Of a DNA stretch of 64,000 nucleotides, positions 1-13,462 are shown in pieces. Position numbers and translations under genes: made by a program. The DNA is taken from contig NC_043007.1 of assembly GCF_006345805.1 (NCBI RefSeq), forward strand, positions 69,812,001 to 69,876,000. Reading direction: 5' to 3'. The number at the start of each line of letters is the position of its first letter. Positions within the stretch are counted from its first letter, which is position 1. The stretch comes from Octopus sinensis. Taxonomy: Eukaryota. The notes under the pieces were generated by a model. That model did not search any database. It saw nothing but the letters and a program-made list of their open reading frames with translations, and was not told the origin of the DNA.

Positions 1-1114
1 ACTGATGCTACAGAGGTTGAATATTGTGGGCACAATCTCGAAGTGCAAACAAAAATTGATTTCTTCTTCTACCATTTCTAGTTTATGAATGAATTTCAGC
101 ATGGTTTAATTGTATTTTGAATTAACACATCATAGCCTTGGCAAGTTAACTTGTTTATATATGAGAGAGGAATGAGCAGAACCTGAGAGTTGACACAATA
201 CTGGAAGATAACCAATTTGAAGGAGGTTCTGAAGAGAAGTGCAAACTATTGAGAGAGATGTTTAAATGTTGAAAGAAATTTAGGTGAGTTTGTAAACCTT
301 GAAATAAAACCAAATCAACAACATAGAAAATGTTGAAGACACTAGGCTTTTTTCAGGGATAAAAATAAACATAGAAAATTAACTTCATTTAGTCCAAATA
401 TAAGTTCTCTTATTTGAAAGTATTGTAAATAGTTGATGTTGCCAACAAAAAGTTTAAATTTATTTTTTTTTGCATTGTTTAAAATCAGTGCCTTTATTTT
501 TCCAGGGACTTCATAACTGGTGGGTGAAAGGAAGGACTCATCCTAAAACCTTAATCAGGATGTATGCAACAGAGTTAATTCTGTTAAAGGCACACACACA
601 ACTCAGAGATGGTTTTGCTAAAGTAAATGAAGCATTAAGTCTACCTCCCAAAATTGAATGTGCTTATGGTACCTTGGTTTCTGATGTGGCCACCCATTTT
701 AATAATAACTTAGATTCAATATTGTTTAAATTTGATTTTCTGATGAGAACTAGTGTTTTCACTGTGATAAGGCTAAAAAACAAAAACAGATTTAGATACT
801 TTATAATTAAAAAAAAACTCAAGATTTAAACCCACTTCTTATTAGAATTCAAAATGGCTGAAATATAAGCTACTTTGAACTCAATTTTTAATATTTTTTA
901 TACTTTAACTGTATCTCTGACATTAATAAGGTAGGACTGACAAACAAAAATTAAAGTAGATTTTATTTGATAACTTGACAGATAACATTGTCATATTGGG
1001 CATTACTAGTTTATAGCGTACATAATATATATATATATATAAATAAACTGTTCTTCTCTTCATTCACATGTAACGTCGTAAAAATAACTACCAAAACAAT
1101 AACAGAAAACTCAC

Positions 1115-1222
1115 CAACATCAGGACTGGTTGCATTAACAACAGGTAAGTCACTACAACCCACTTCTGCATCAGTTAAAACCTCATTTCTTGGTAAATCC
1201 ATTTCCACCTCTTCACCAGTAG
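1115..1222 (-). CDS. Candidate internal coding exon (108 bp, phase 1-1) of an unidentified gene; encodes xTGEEVEMDLPRNEVLTDAEVGCSDLPVVNATSPDV
   Basis: On the minus strand: acceptor ttttattttgcag|CTACT, donor GATGTTG|gtgagt. Length is a multiple of 3, the frame is open, and the acidic peptide is protein-like. No family recognised. Confidence 0.55.
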
Positions 1223-2304
1223 CTGCAAAATAAAATGCAGAGTATGACCAATATTGAAAAATAGATAAAACAAAAAACACTGACAGAAACAAGACCCTTT
1301 CGTTATGTTTAACCCTATAATTTACTGTTCAGACTTGTCAGCTTTACATAATGACCATGAAACAACCGGATAAGGATGGGACAGGTCATTGAGACACCAG
1401 TGGATGTGTCATCATTATGTAGTCTATGTAGAGCAAGTCAGGTTAGAACCCAAAATTTGAAGGAACTGAATTGATTCTTCCCAACAGTCACCAGAGGAGA
1501 ATGTGTTGAGTCAAGTTCTTTCCATGAAATCAAAGAAATCAACTTGCCCCATTCTTTCCAAAACAATACTCAAAAGAGAATTTGAACTCAGCACTTAAAA
1601 TTCTGCATCACTGTAACAACATTTTTTTCATTTATTCACTGTTTTTGTCTTTGGTCGGTAAGTGTTATTTCCTATTTGCTTCTATCAAGAAATCAAAGGA
1701 AATGACAATTCCCTTCAAACTTCATTTTTGCCACCTGGACATCAATGTTTTCAAACTGACCTATTTTCCATTACATTTCAGACAGATTCAGTACTGAGCA
1801 GCTGAAGCAGAAATATCATTATAGCAAATATTCTGCTCAATACCACAGGTTTGTTTGTCAGTAGCTTGATCATAACCACTTGAGCATGTCCCTTAGTGGC
1901 TGACAATATGTGCATCACTGATCATCGACAAGCGGGAGGAAAAGCATAGCCATGTGTTGAGAGGGATTCTTCGGAGTTTGAATAAATGTAAGAAAAACAG
2001 AGATTGAAGGAAATATTAGCCATTTTCATTACTTTATAAGGTTAAGCAAATAGGAAATAACAGTTGCTACCCAAGGATAAAAATCATCACAGTGCTAAAC
2101 AAAGTTCTTAATGCTTGCAACAATTACTCTGAACCTTTTATTGGATCTATTTTTTTTAACAAAATTAATTAGTTAAGTGAAAGTAAAATCTCTTGGTTGT
2201 CGATGCCATATTAATGACAATTTTTTTATTATTAGAAGCTGCTCTTCACCAACACAACTGAAACAAGAACATCAAGAGAAACATGTAAATTAGTTTCAAA
2301 GTTT

Positions 2305-2490
2305 GGCACAAGGCCAGCAATTTTGGGGGAAGGGGAGTACCCCCAGTACTCAACTGCTACTTATTTTATCCATCCCAAAAAGATAAAAGGCAAATGTGAC
2401 CTCAGTGGAATTTGAACTCAGAATGTAAAGATGGAAGTACTGCTAGAAAGCATTTTGCATGGCATGCTAGCAATTCTGCCAACTCGCCAT
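2305..2490 (-). mobile_element. tRNA-derived SINE, family C (degenerate)
   Basis: Reverse complement resembles the copies at 46096 and 51207 (ttctgagttcaaattc B-box region; ataaaataagta..cagttgagtactgggg). Confidence 0.65.
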
Positions 2491-2551
2491 TTTAATCAAG
2501 AGAATCATGTAAATTACTTAGAAAATGTCTACACTGAAAACTGCTAATTAA

Positions 2552-2750
2552 CCCTTTGGAGACGGAACCTCCTTTGGAGTTTCAGTGCCAAGACAGAGGA
2601 GCCCTTTCCACAAGCCTTACAGAGGTCATACACTTATTAAAAAAAATTAATTTACATATATAAAACTATATGCATTCTTGCAGAAAATTGAATGAACTAA
2701 TAGAATTTTCATTATTCAATTGATAGATTGGTCCTGTCATCTCCTAAGGG
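2552..2750. mobile_element. piggyBac-type MITE (~200 bp)
   Basis: TTAA|CCCTTTGGAGACGG ... TCATCTCCTAAGGG|TTAA: imperfect TIRs starting with CCC, flanked by TTAA on both sides. Confidence 0.7.
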
Positions 2751-3722
2751 TTAAGATTTCTAAGTTATTTTACTGCACCTATTGATGTTAAATCTGTATA
2801 CAACAAACATTTACATTATGAAATGCCATAGTTGATAAGGAACAGTATTTAAAAAAAAAAGGATATAATATTACTAAAAAATTGTTTAATTTTAATTTTT
2901 TCTTTTTAAATTTTCATTGTTTGTATGTTGATAAAAATGTAAAGAAATAATGAAGAGAAAAAGTAAATTTTGAAAAGATTTATGGGGTAAAATGTACAGC
3001 TCTAATTATCATTTTCATGTGTAATTCAACATCTGTTGCCAAACTTTTTATAAACAAAACCTATGCAAGGTCAATTTCTGTTGTCTTCATTAACAAAAAG
3101 TACACTCTAATGAAAGCTTTTGATATAATTTTTTTTAACATAAGAGTTTTTAATTAGTGTTGTAAGTTCTCAAAGAATTTATATTCACATCATTAGAAAA
3201 TTACAAAAATGTCTTTTAACTCAACTTCTAATGTCACAAAGACAGAAAATACAAATAACTAAAACAATTTTTTAAGAACACGTTAAGAAATTTTTTTTGT
3301 TTGTTTGTTTTTAATATAGCTTAAAATAACTGCTACACTATTATTACAAGATCTGCAGAGTAATCAGTTTGCCAGACCAATATGCATGCTTTGACAGAAA
3401 AGGTCAAAGACAGATTAATACAAAAGTGAATCAGAAAGAGCTCAGTATTAAATCCATTTTAAGCAATAACTAAATCAGCAATCAAGAACAGGATAATAAA
3501 ATTTGTCTATATCCTATTATACATTTATCACTGAAGATACATAAGAGTGAAAGACTAGGATAATGCCAAGAGATGAGTAGGAGTGAAAGCAAAGAAGTAG
3601 CAAGATATACAAAAACTAGGAATAGAGAAATTAAAATAGTATATTTCACCACGTAACTTTACCTCATTTAACACTGGATAATTACTGGGTCTTACAAGAA
3701 TGCTTTTGTAAACTGTACTCAC

Positions 3723-3742
3723 AAGAGAATTTTAATTCAGTC
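3723..3742 (-). CDS. Possible 20-bp microexon (TELKFS)
   Basis: tatttccttgacttacag|GACTGAATTAAAATTCTCTT|gtgagt. Only one frame is open. Could be a chance match. Confidence 0.2.
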
Positions 3743-4354
3743 CTGTAAGTCAAGGAAATAATCTTGACAATTACAGAGTGGATGCATTTTACTATACTGT
3801 ACTATACTGTAAGGTGGAATGTACTAGCAGGGTGAAATGTCTTGGCCATTTATATAATGCAGTGCCAAGATATCAAATACAAATTCAAGCAGACCAGCTG
3901 AGGACAAAAAAAAACAACCTAGGATGATCATGACATGGACAACAACTACAGCAGTTCTTGTCATTGCTGACATAGAACTAAAGACTGATCAATCCCAAAC
4001 CACCATCTCAAAATTCATCAGAAAGGAAAGTGTTAAATTGGAAATAGGTAGCCATTAAAAAAAAAAAAGACACGGTATGATTTAAGGGAGAAACCAATAA
4101 CAGGCTGACTATACCTTCAGTGAAATCTGCAAGGCATGCTCTATTAAGACAGAAACCAACAAGAAGAGTGACAATAAAAAAGAAATCAGATTATTTCAGG
4201 AGATTAGACATTACAAAGTTACAAGATTCTTTGGAATTGAAACATCACATTTCTATAAGAAACAAACTAATGTAATTTTAAGTTTTTATTTAAAGCAAAT
4301 CCAGGAAGTAACACTTATGAATCTTGTTAAGGGACAAGATTTCAGATTCTTTAA

Positions 4355-4962
4355 CCCTTTAGTATTTATGCCGACCATATGTAGCCCAAATATTCTACCA
4401 GTTTTATGTTCAAACCGGACAGATCTGGTTTATCTCACCTATCTTACAATGTCATTTTTAAAATATAGGAGTGGCTGTGTGGTAAGTAGCTTGCTAACCA
4501 ACCACATGGTTCCGGATTCAGTCCCACTGCGTGGCATCTTGGGCAAGTGTCTTCTGCTATAGCCCCAGGCCGACCAATGCCTTGTGAGTGGATTTGGGAG
4601 ACAGAAACTGAAAGAAACCTGTTGTATATATGTATATATATGTATGTGTGTGTGTCTGTGTTTGTGTCCCTAGCATTGCTTGACAACCGATGCTGGTGTG
4701 TTTACGTCCCCGTCACTTAGCGGTTCGGCAAAAGAGACCGATAGAATAAGTACTGGGCTTACAAAGAATAAGTCCCGGGTCGATTTGCTCGACTAAAGGC
4801 AGTGCTCCAGCATGGCCTCAGTCAAATGACTGAAACAAGTAAAAGAGTAAAAAAGAGAGAGTATCATCAAAATTTCAAAGCTATGAGATAATGTATGATG
4901 AATTCAAAACAATGTGAATAAATAAGCAATACATTTGACAAAATAATCTGAATGCTAAAGGG
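4355..4962. mobile_element. piggyBac-type MITE interrupted by a SINE
   Basis: TTAA|CCCTTTAGTATT ... AATGCTAAAGGG|TTAA (11/12 TIR match, TTAA TSD). A SINE is inserted inside at ~4467-4860. Confidence 0.75.
4467..4860 (+). mobile_element. tRNA-derived SINE, family A, full length
   Basis: Head ggagtggctgtgtggtaag...ggttccggattcagtccc (A/B-box-like), CORE-like tggcatcttgggcaagtgtc, internal (TA/TG)n, tail gctccagcatggcc..cagtcaaatgactgaaacaagtaaaagag. Near-identical copies at 22524, 39362 and 45091. Confidence 0.9.
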
Positions 4963-7900
4963 TTAATCAAATTTTAAAGCCAGATCGCTCATATTATAAT
5001 GGCTCTGAGTTATGATTTTGAAACAATTTCTTGATTCCATAGCAGAAAACTAAAAATGTAATTTATGATTTGATATTTATTTTGTAATTATTTTATACTT
5101 TCTTAAATCATGTCTTCAAAAGCCTTGAGAGGTTCCTAAGGGTTTAGTTGTAATTTTATGGTGTTCAGTGAATGAAAACTAAATCTCCCTGTGGATAAAA
5201 CATCTTCCTGATCAAATACATATTCTTAATTAACAGCTAGTTAAATTGAGGCATGAACACAAATTGAGGCTAAATACACACACATTATACATACATGCAC
5301 ATACATAGAGAACTAGACACATATATACCTACAATCATTTGAACTTAAGATCAAAGCATTTAATAAAGATCACAGAATATCAATAAGATATGAGGTCAAT
5401 TAAACAAACTAGTTCAAAAAAAGAAGTCGGTTTAACATTGTCCAAGATTAGAAATCAGCAGGGTGATCTTTATGTCACCTGAGGCTCGAGATTGCTTCAA
5501 ACTATTAATGGCACAGAAAAGGAATGTTTTCTTCAACTGATGAAGCTACATAAAAAATTAATTCAACTTTCATAATGTTACAGAGTATAATTGCAAAACA
5601 ATTATAATTTCATGTCACATCCAATATATCTCATCCAATATATTTAACTTTTTCTTTCTTTTAATATGAAAGTAAAAATCTACTTTGCTTTTATTTTTAA
5701 ACTTATTGCTGTACAATATCTGTAGAAAGATTTATAATATTTAATACCTAATAATTATGTGTGCTAAGTTACTTTGACTTCAGGCACATGACATTTCAGT
5801 GAGTATCATTATGATCTGTTAGCATTCATAGCAAAACACACTTTCCATACTAATCTCATCTATTCTGAATTAAGCATTTTCCACCACCCATGTAAATTGT
5901 TACTTTCACTTCCTCCTGTTAATCTCTGCAAGATGATCCTTGTATAACAACATCCCTTTCTTTTTCTCTCTGGACTCCAGTCTAGGGCTTGCCTTATCAA
6001 AAACCCTTTTGTCCTTGTAACATCTCATTTACTAATCCCGATTAATGCCTTCCTATTTGTTGGTTGGGGGGTTTCAGCTTGGTTTTGGTAGAGAGGCCTT
6101 TGTTCATATCATATTTTCTAATATCTGATGTTTTAGATATTTCTGAGGCACCTGTTCATGACCGCTTCTCGTATCAGAATAGGTTTGACATTGCAACCAA
6201 AAATCCTCAACTTACTGTTTGGACAAAGCCCTTCCTTTCCAGACAATTTTTAAAATACTGAAGGCTTGACTCATTTTCTTAAGTCGTACTTCATCATCCT
6301 CCTCTAAAACTCCAACACCACATTTCCAAGATACATTAAACACTTCTCTTTAGTCAACATGATTATTGACCATATCAACAGCCAAGATCACCATTTTGAA
6401 TCTTCATGTCTCTCCAAAGTTAAATCTGGTTTTTACTGCAATCTCTGTTAGCTTTCTGTCTTTTTCTGCACATCATGAATATTCTAGAACATTACATAAA
6501 TGTTGTCCACCAATTCTAGATCCTCTTGCACCTGCTTTTGTGCCCACCACCACATAACCACTGTACTGGCCTGTGTAACTGTATTATCCAGTTAGTCACC
6601 ACCAACAAGATCATCAATAATAATACACATCTCTGCTTCACTTCAGTTTTGGTTCCAAAGGTTTGGCAGCCTGAATAAGTCTGGGAATCACTATATCATT
6701 TTCCTATTAACAATATAACATGAAATATTACTTTAGAAAGTATTATTTCATTGCATGCACATTCTTTAAAGTTTAAGAAAATTATTCTTTAGCAATTCTA
6801 CCAGTTTGCAAAAATAATCTTTCCAAATATTTAACATTTTCAAATTTAATTTTTAAGAAACCACATGATTTTATGGGGCCAGCTTATAGATACAATGTGA
6901 TTTTACTTAATTTTCAGAAAAGCCTTGTAGCAAAGTGAAAGTAGGGTGTGTAGAATTAATTGTCCAATCCAGAACTATAATGGATTACCTGCAGTTTATA
7001 TTCCAGTGGTATACCTATTCAACTACTTTATCCTAACAACTTGTAGTATCAGCTACAATGCTGATCAAGCAACTAAAGAATTAAGAACAATAATTAAAAG
7101 CTAATAGTGCTAAAATAACTATTAATATAATTGTTGGCTGACATCAAACTTCACAGTATAAAAAGTGAAGAAGCATCTACTTATTTGATCAGTGTAACAA
7201 GTACAACTTCCTCACCTAAATCTCTGATGTTTTACAATTGAGGATCACATTTTTTAAAGACACAAATTGAATAAGCATCATATTAATTGTTCACCTATTA
7301 TACTGCTAATCAATATTTCATGTTCAACTCAAACCAACATGTTGCATGTTCAGAGTGCTGGTCTTGTATGTAGTCATTAAATAGTTGATAATATATCTCC
7401 ATCTTTTCATTATACCTAATCACATCTAGTTTTAGTCATCACTTTGATAAGGTCAGTTCTCTTAAATTTTCCTGTTGTGAGAATGTTAATTATCATGGAA
7501 ATAATAAATTATGACTATTCGAACTAACAAAACTTGATTAACAATAAATGTTTTTGCTACTGTACTTTGTGTTTACAATTGTCATGGCAACCAATTTAGC
7601 TAATATCACATCATATGGATCTAAAAAAATTCCCCTTGTAAGTTTATGAGGTTAGCAATTACAATGAATTTGCCTTTCAGATAAATTTCTGAAATGGTTT
7701 GATTTTAATAACATCATCATGATCTATTTGGTAGAAAGCATTAACATTATGAAAACTAGTTCATACCAACTACAGTTCAACTCATTGCAATCAAAGATTA
7801 CCACTGCTTCTCATACCAAACCAAAAAACCAGGTTGCTCAGCCTGCTGAGAATAGTAGCCAATTGCCCTCAAAACATAACCCTACCATATTTGATCAAGT

Positions 7901-8782
7901 TTGTTCAGTCAGGGCTAACTTAGACTGTAGTTGACTCAAGGAGCTCAACATGTAGTAGTTGAGTCAATCTATAAACATGTTTTCTTTCATTATAAAGGAT
8001 TGAAAAAGAAGTTGTATTTTAACATGCACACATGCATAAGCAGACACACAGACACGTGTACATATACAAACACACATACACACAAACATACACATAGATA
8101 CACGTGTAATTGTCTTAGAATTTGCCTTGCTGGTTTATCAGCTCATCCAGGTAAATCTACATCTCAAACAACAGCCACTTATTGTCACTTGTTACTGCCA
8201 AGTGAGATCTTAAAGCCAGTGCAAGAGTGTAAATCTTTGAAGCTATGATCCATGCAAGTTCTTCTTTGATAAATCTTAGCTATGTCTTCAGTTACCCACT
8301 ATAATATCATTGTCAATGAATTGGATTAATAATGTAGATAACTGCTTCTAAAGGATATCAATATTTACAGCTGGTTCACCAAAGGTATTCTATACTGATA
8401 CAAGTGTAGTGATATTTAAATTGCCAACATCAAATAGTTTCAAGTAAAAGATTCTCAGATCATGAAATCCAAACTTCTCATTCATACCAAAACTGGAAAC
8501 CCATACACTTTTGCAGACAGTTTTATGTCATTTACATGATATTCATGTTATTAAGAAAGTGTTTATGCTTTTTGGACTGCCTAGTTTGAAGGAATGAAAA
8601 TTTCAAAACTTGCCCCAATACTTCCATAGAATGGTTTCAGTATGCAATTCCAAGAACTACAGATACTAAAAGTGTTTATCGAAATTAGTGCATAATCAAT
8701 TTACTATTGCATTGAAGAAAAAGATGATTAGGATATTTTCACTGAATAACATGGAATTAGCCTGTACTGTCATATTGAGTGC

Positions 8783-9167
8783 CTAGCAGTATCGCCCGGC
8801 GTTGCTCGGGTTTGTAAGGGAAATAACTATATAAGCATTTTTAGAGAGTTATAGCCAAAAAATGCATTAAAAAAGGAAAAAAATGATGGTAAATTTTTTT
8901 TAAATCGTTGACTCATCGTAGACATTTTTAGAGAGTTACTTCCCTTATATAATAACGAAAAAATGCATTAAAATGGAAAAAAATGATGGTAAATTTTTTT
9001 TTAAATCGTAGACTCATCGTAGACGCGCGCTAATACCCAGAAGGGCTCGATATGAATCACGACTATAAGATACCCGGTTTTGGTTAAACTGCACCGCAAA
9101 ATGTGGGAGTAGTTAGGAATCTAAATCGTAGGAGACAGACACACAACTTCTCTTTTATATATAAAGA
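8783..9167 (-). mobile_element. Non-autonomous Helitron (385 bp)
   Basis: The minus strand begins TC(TTTATATATAAAA) and ends with hairpin CCCGAGCAACGCCGGG, an 8-nt spacer and CTAG, the canonical Helitron termini. Contains an internal diverged tandem duplication and many intact CpGs. Confidence 0.8.
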
Positions 9168-10039
9168 TATCTTGAGGATTACACATGTGCAATGTTCCTT
9201 ACTTATCATTTCTCAACTAGTAATTGATAGCAGTCATCAACAAACTTTATATAAGAGAGGCCCAAATAGATCAAATTGGCTAAGTTTCGTCATGTAATTC
9301 CAAACTAAACTAAATGTACAAAAACTGTATAAAATAAAAAGGATTTGTTCAAACACCTTCATCTCTTTTACTCTTCTATCCTTTTCTCTCTCTCTCTCTC
9401 TCTCATACTGATCTTGGACTAAAGATGAAGTATGCCACAAATTGAAAGATGAGGTCACATGTTTCCTCGCACAATTGATGGAAAATGGAAGCTGAAATCA
9501 CTATTAGATTCTAATTGCAAAACTAAGCATGAAGTTGGTGATAGCCTATTGAAAGAACTGGCTCAACAACTGTAATGAACACACATAATGAAACAACATT
9601 GCCATGTTTGTATTTTCTTTCTTTTTTTTTTGCTTCGTTTCATTGTAACCCTTTTGTTGCCAATAACAATGTTATCAATAAAGTGCCATAAATATTAAAT
9701 GTTATAAAAATATGTAGATTTGAAGGTAAATTCTCACTGTACTTTTTTCCTTTTACAGTTCACTGATGTTGAGACTTAAATATATGTATAAATACATATA
9801 CACACACATTTATGTACATAATAATTGGCATGCAAAGAAGCATTGTGAAATAAAACTTTTCAATCAGTTAAAATATTTCAGACATATCTGACCTGTAAAA
9901 AGGCTATATTCATTGTGGTTTGCCAAAAGTCATTTCAGAGCTGCCCCTATGAACTAATATAAGCATTTTAAGCTCTTTATGCACTCGTCAGTATTAGACA
10001 TGAAGTGAGACAATCTTTCACTTCCTTGTAAAATATCAA

Positions 10040-10310
10040 TTGGAATAGATATATATATATCACGTAACCAGCCAGATTATCAGATGTTGTTACACATTGC
10101 TGGAGACAATGCATTTTTGCATTGCTTTAGCCTTCAAATGACGCCAATTTGCTGGTTAGGCAAGCAAGCCAACATTCCCACCTGATTGAAAGGGGAACTA
10201 GAGCAATGCGAAATAAAGTATTTTGCTCAGGAACACAATGTGCTACCCGATCAGGGAATTGAATCCATGATCTAATAATCATGAGTGCAACAACCTAACC
10301 ACTATGTCAC
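10040..10310 (-). mobile_element. tRNA-derived SINE, family D (diverged)
   Basis: Homologous to 34218-34535 (atgttgttacacattgctgg...gccttcaaatgacgcc; aaagtattttgctcaggaacacaa; head ending taaccact). Confidence 0.75.
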
Positions 10311-10329
10311 ACACATGCATACATACGTG

Positions 10330-10475
10330 TGTGTGTGTGTGTGTGATAAAAAGCTTGTTTCCCAATCACAGTTCCAGGTTCAGTCCTATTGTGTGGCACC
10401 ATGCAGAAGTGTCTTCTACTATTGCCTTGGGCTGACCAAAGCCTTGTGAGTGGATTTAGTATATAGAAATTGAAA

Positions 10476-10517
<42 letters not shown>

Positions 10518-10712
10518 GTGTCAGACACTAATGCTTGACAACCAATGTAGGTATGTTTACATCCCCATAGGTTAACGCTTCAGCAAAAGACACTGTTTTT
10601 ATTAAACCTGGTGCTTATTCTATCAGAGTCCTGGAGTCAATTTGTTTGACTAAAAAACCCTTCAAGGCAGTACCCTCAACATGGCCACAGTCAAATGACT
10701 GAAACAAGATAT
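10330..10712 (+). mobile_element. SINE family A (diverged)
   Basis: Same head, internal (TG)n and gactgaaacaag tail as 4467-4860. Confidence 0.8.
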
Positions 10713-10968
10713 TAGACAATGTATAAGGGTTCAGCCATTTCTTGCTGAACAACCACAAACATGATTTGTTTATAGTGATCAAATGTTTGTGTACACATAA
10801 GCTCACACTCTCCATCAAATCAACATTACCTGTACAGGTGCACCATGTTCCAGAGCAACATGAAATGAAGTGCTTTGCTCAAGAATACATGGCAACACCC
10901 AATTTGGGAATTGAACCCAGGATCTCACAATTGTGAGTGCAATACCCTAACCACTAAGCCATGCACCT

Positions 10969-11026
<58 letters not shown>

Positions 11027-12045
11027 GATATCATCATCATTCAATGTCCATGTTCCATTCTGGCACAGATTGCATAGTTTAACAGAATCCAATGTGTCAG
11101 AGAACTACATTGTTCTCCAGCATCTGCTTTGGCATGGTTTTTGTGCCTGGAGACCCCTCCCAATGCTAACCATTTTTAGAGTGCACTACATGCTTTTGTC
11201 ACACCATCAGTACTAGCAAGGTTTTCCCATGATACTTGCAAGGCTACAAACATCATGAGAGGAGTGGCTGTTTTATGCAAGGAGATGAGTTAAAGGACAA
11301 GAGAAGCAATCAGAAAAGAACAGATTTCTTTCTGTAGAAGAGCTGCATGACGACTCACATCTTAGAAGCAAGGGTGGGGATGATGTACTGAGGCTGAAAA
11401 AAGATTAAAATGGCTGTGATGCAACGTCTGGGGTACACACAAATTGAGCTTCCAAAACTTTCTTTCACAGAGATGGTCCCCAACCTAGTCGGGATCCACA
11501 TATTCAATTTGCTGATTGATTGATTGTTTATTCTTTTCACTAACTGCAACATCTACCACCACCACTGCTACCCTAATTACTACTACAGTCAGAACTAGGT
11601 CAAAACAGTTGTACTTATTTTCCACTTTCCTATAATTTCTTTTTTTAATTTATTTTTTTCTAGTCTGTTGAACTCATTCCCGCCTGCACTGACCTTGTTT
11701 TCCTTCACATTTTCACACACATATTCATGTGTATTAATGCAAACACACACATATGCACATGTATATGGATATACATGTATTGACACACATACACACATGC
11801 ATAATGATAATGGCCGCGGCTCAATTTTGAGAAATGCCATCACTTGACAGTTCTCTTAAACATGAACAACACAGATGTGGCTTTTCAGTCTTGCTGAGGA
11901 CTTACACTCCTTTTCACAGATATGGCAATGATAAGCACCTCTCTTTCAACCAGTATTAAGAGTTTAGCACCCACACTGTCACATGCCTTCATTCCATCAT
12001 AGAATTTTTCATTGAATGCTCAGCTATTTTAACTCTGACCAACAT

Positions 12046-12398
12046 AGGCACAGGCATAGCTGTGTGGTAAGAGGCTTGCTCCCCAACCACACTGTTCCAG
12101 GCTCAGTCCTATTGCAAGGCACCTTGGGCAAGTGTCTACTATAGCCTCAGGCTGACCAAAGCCATGAGTGAAATTGGTACATGGAAACTGAAAGAAGCTC
12201 ATGTGTGTCTGACACCACTGCTTGACAACCAGTGTTTGGTGTTTACATCTTCATAACCGAGCAGTTTAGCAAAAGAAACCTAGAATAAGTACCAGGTTTT
12301 AAAAAAAAGTTGTGGGGTTAATTCATTTGATTAAAGCTCTTCAAGACAGTGCCCCAGCATGGCCACAGTCTAATGACTGAAACCAATAGAAGATTAAA
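12046..12398 (+). mobile_element. SINE family A (diverged)
   Basis: aggcacaggcatagctgtgtggtaag head through the gtgccccagcatggccacagtc..gactgaaac tail. Confidence 0.8.
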
Positions 12399-13154
12399 AC
12401 ACAGATATTAACAGATATTAAAAATCAAGCAATGCTCGTGTCTGAAGGATTTTTTTAATAAGAAAAGGCCTTGTACAAGTTCAATCCCACTTTGAAACTA
12501 CGTATTCGTTTTCCCAAAAAGAACTAGTCTACAGAATTGGATGTTGTGGGTGCTATGTTAGAATTTTCCTTCTAGTGAAATGTCTAAATATTTGTTGGAT
12601 GACCATTGATTCTACTGAGTTCATACATGCTTTCACATTTTATTTTACTTCTTGCAGGGTAACTGATGAAAACCACTCCCCTTGACCAAGCAAGCTTGGC
12701 ATGGTTGCTAGTTTACTAACTGATAGCCCAAACATGCAACAGGATGTGCACAGTTACATGTTACTAGTAGCACAAAAAAATGACCTGACATAAATATAGA
12801 TATACACACACACACACACATAGTTTATAGAAAAACCAAGATAAAGACAGGTACAGGAACAACAAGCAAGTGTATTAGTTTGATGCTCAGGAAAAATGGA
12901 GAAGTATTTTCCTTTTCAAGCATACACTCTTCGATAAAAAGGAATAAGGGGAACTAGAGAGCAAGAATGAAGAAAATGTGTTGAGTTCAATGGTTTAACA
13001 TGGCAGTATGTATGTGTGTGTGTTTATCTTTCACAAGTACAATAAGAGGTACAAATATTTTTTAGAAATATTTGCTTATCTACAAGTGCTTATAGAATAT
13101 TTTTTAATAACTCTGCTCTTTTTATAGTGTCTTATACATGTTTATCTGTGTGAG

Positions 13155-13462
13155 TATATGTTTTCAAAATTCTTAATGTGAAACTTAAAACATTCTAATT
13201 TTGAACAGTCATTTAGCGAATAAAATTATATAAAGAGTAAACCACCCTCCCAATAAAGAACACACACACACAAAAGCACATCATCATCATCATCGTTTAA
13301 CGTCCGTTTCCCAATGATGATGATGACGTGCTTTAGTGTATGTGTGTGTGTGTGTGTGTTCTTCATTGGGAGGGTGGCTTACTCTTTATATAATTTTATT
13401 GGCTAAATGACTATTCTAAATTAGAATGTTTTAAGTTTCACATTAAGAATTTTGAAAAATAT
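13155..13462. repeat. Long inverted repeat, arms ~135-145 bp, ~25-bp loop
   Basis: Left arm ttttcaaaattcttaatgtgaaacttaaaacattctaatt...accaccctcccaataaagaacacac...gcacatcatcat. Right arm atgatgatgacgtgc...gtgtgttcttcattgggagggtgg...aattagaatgttttaagtttcacattaagaattttgaaaa. Confidence 0.9.

Noticed and set aside
470-829. 119-aa plus-strand ORF with an upstream ttttccag acceptor-like site
   Set aside because: No recognisable domain, TTG start, no convincing donor or partner exons, and it is antisense to the better-supported exon. Not excluded, but unsupported.
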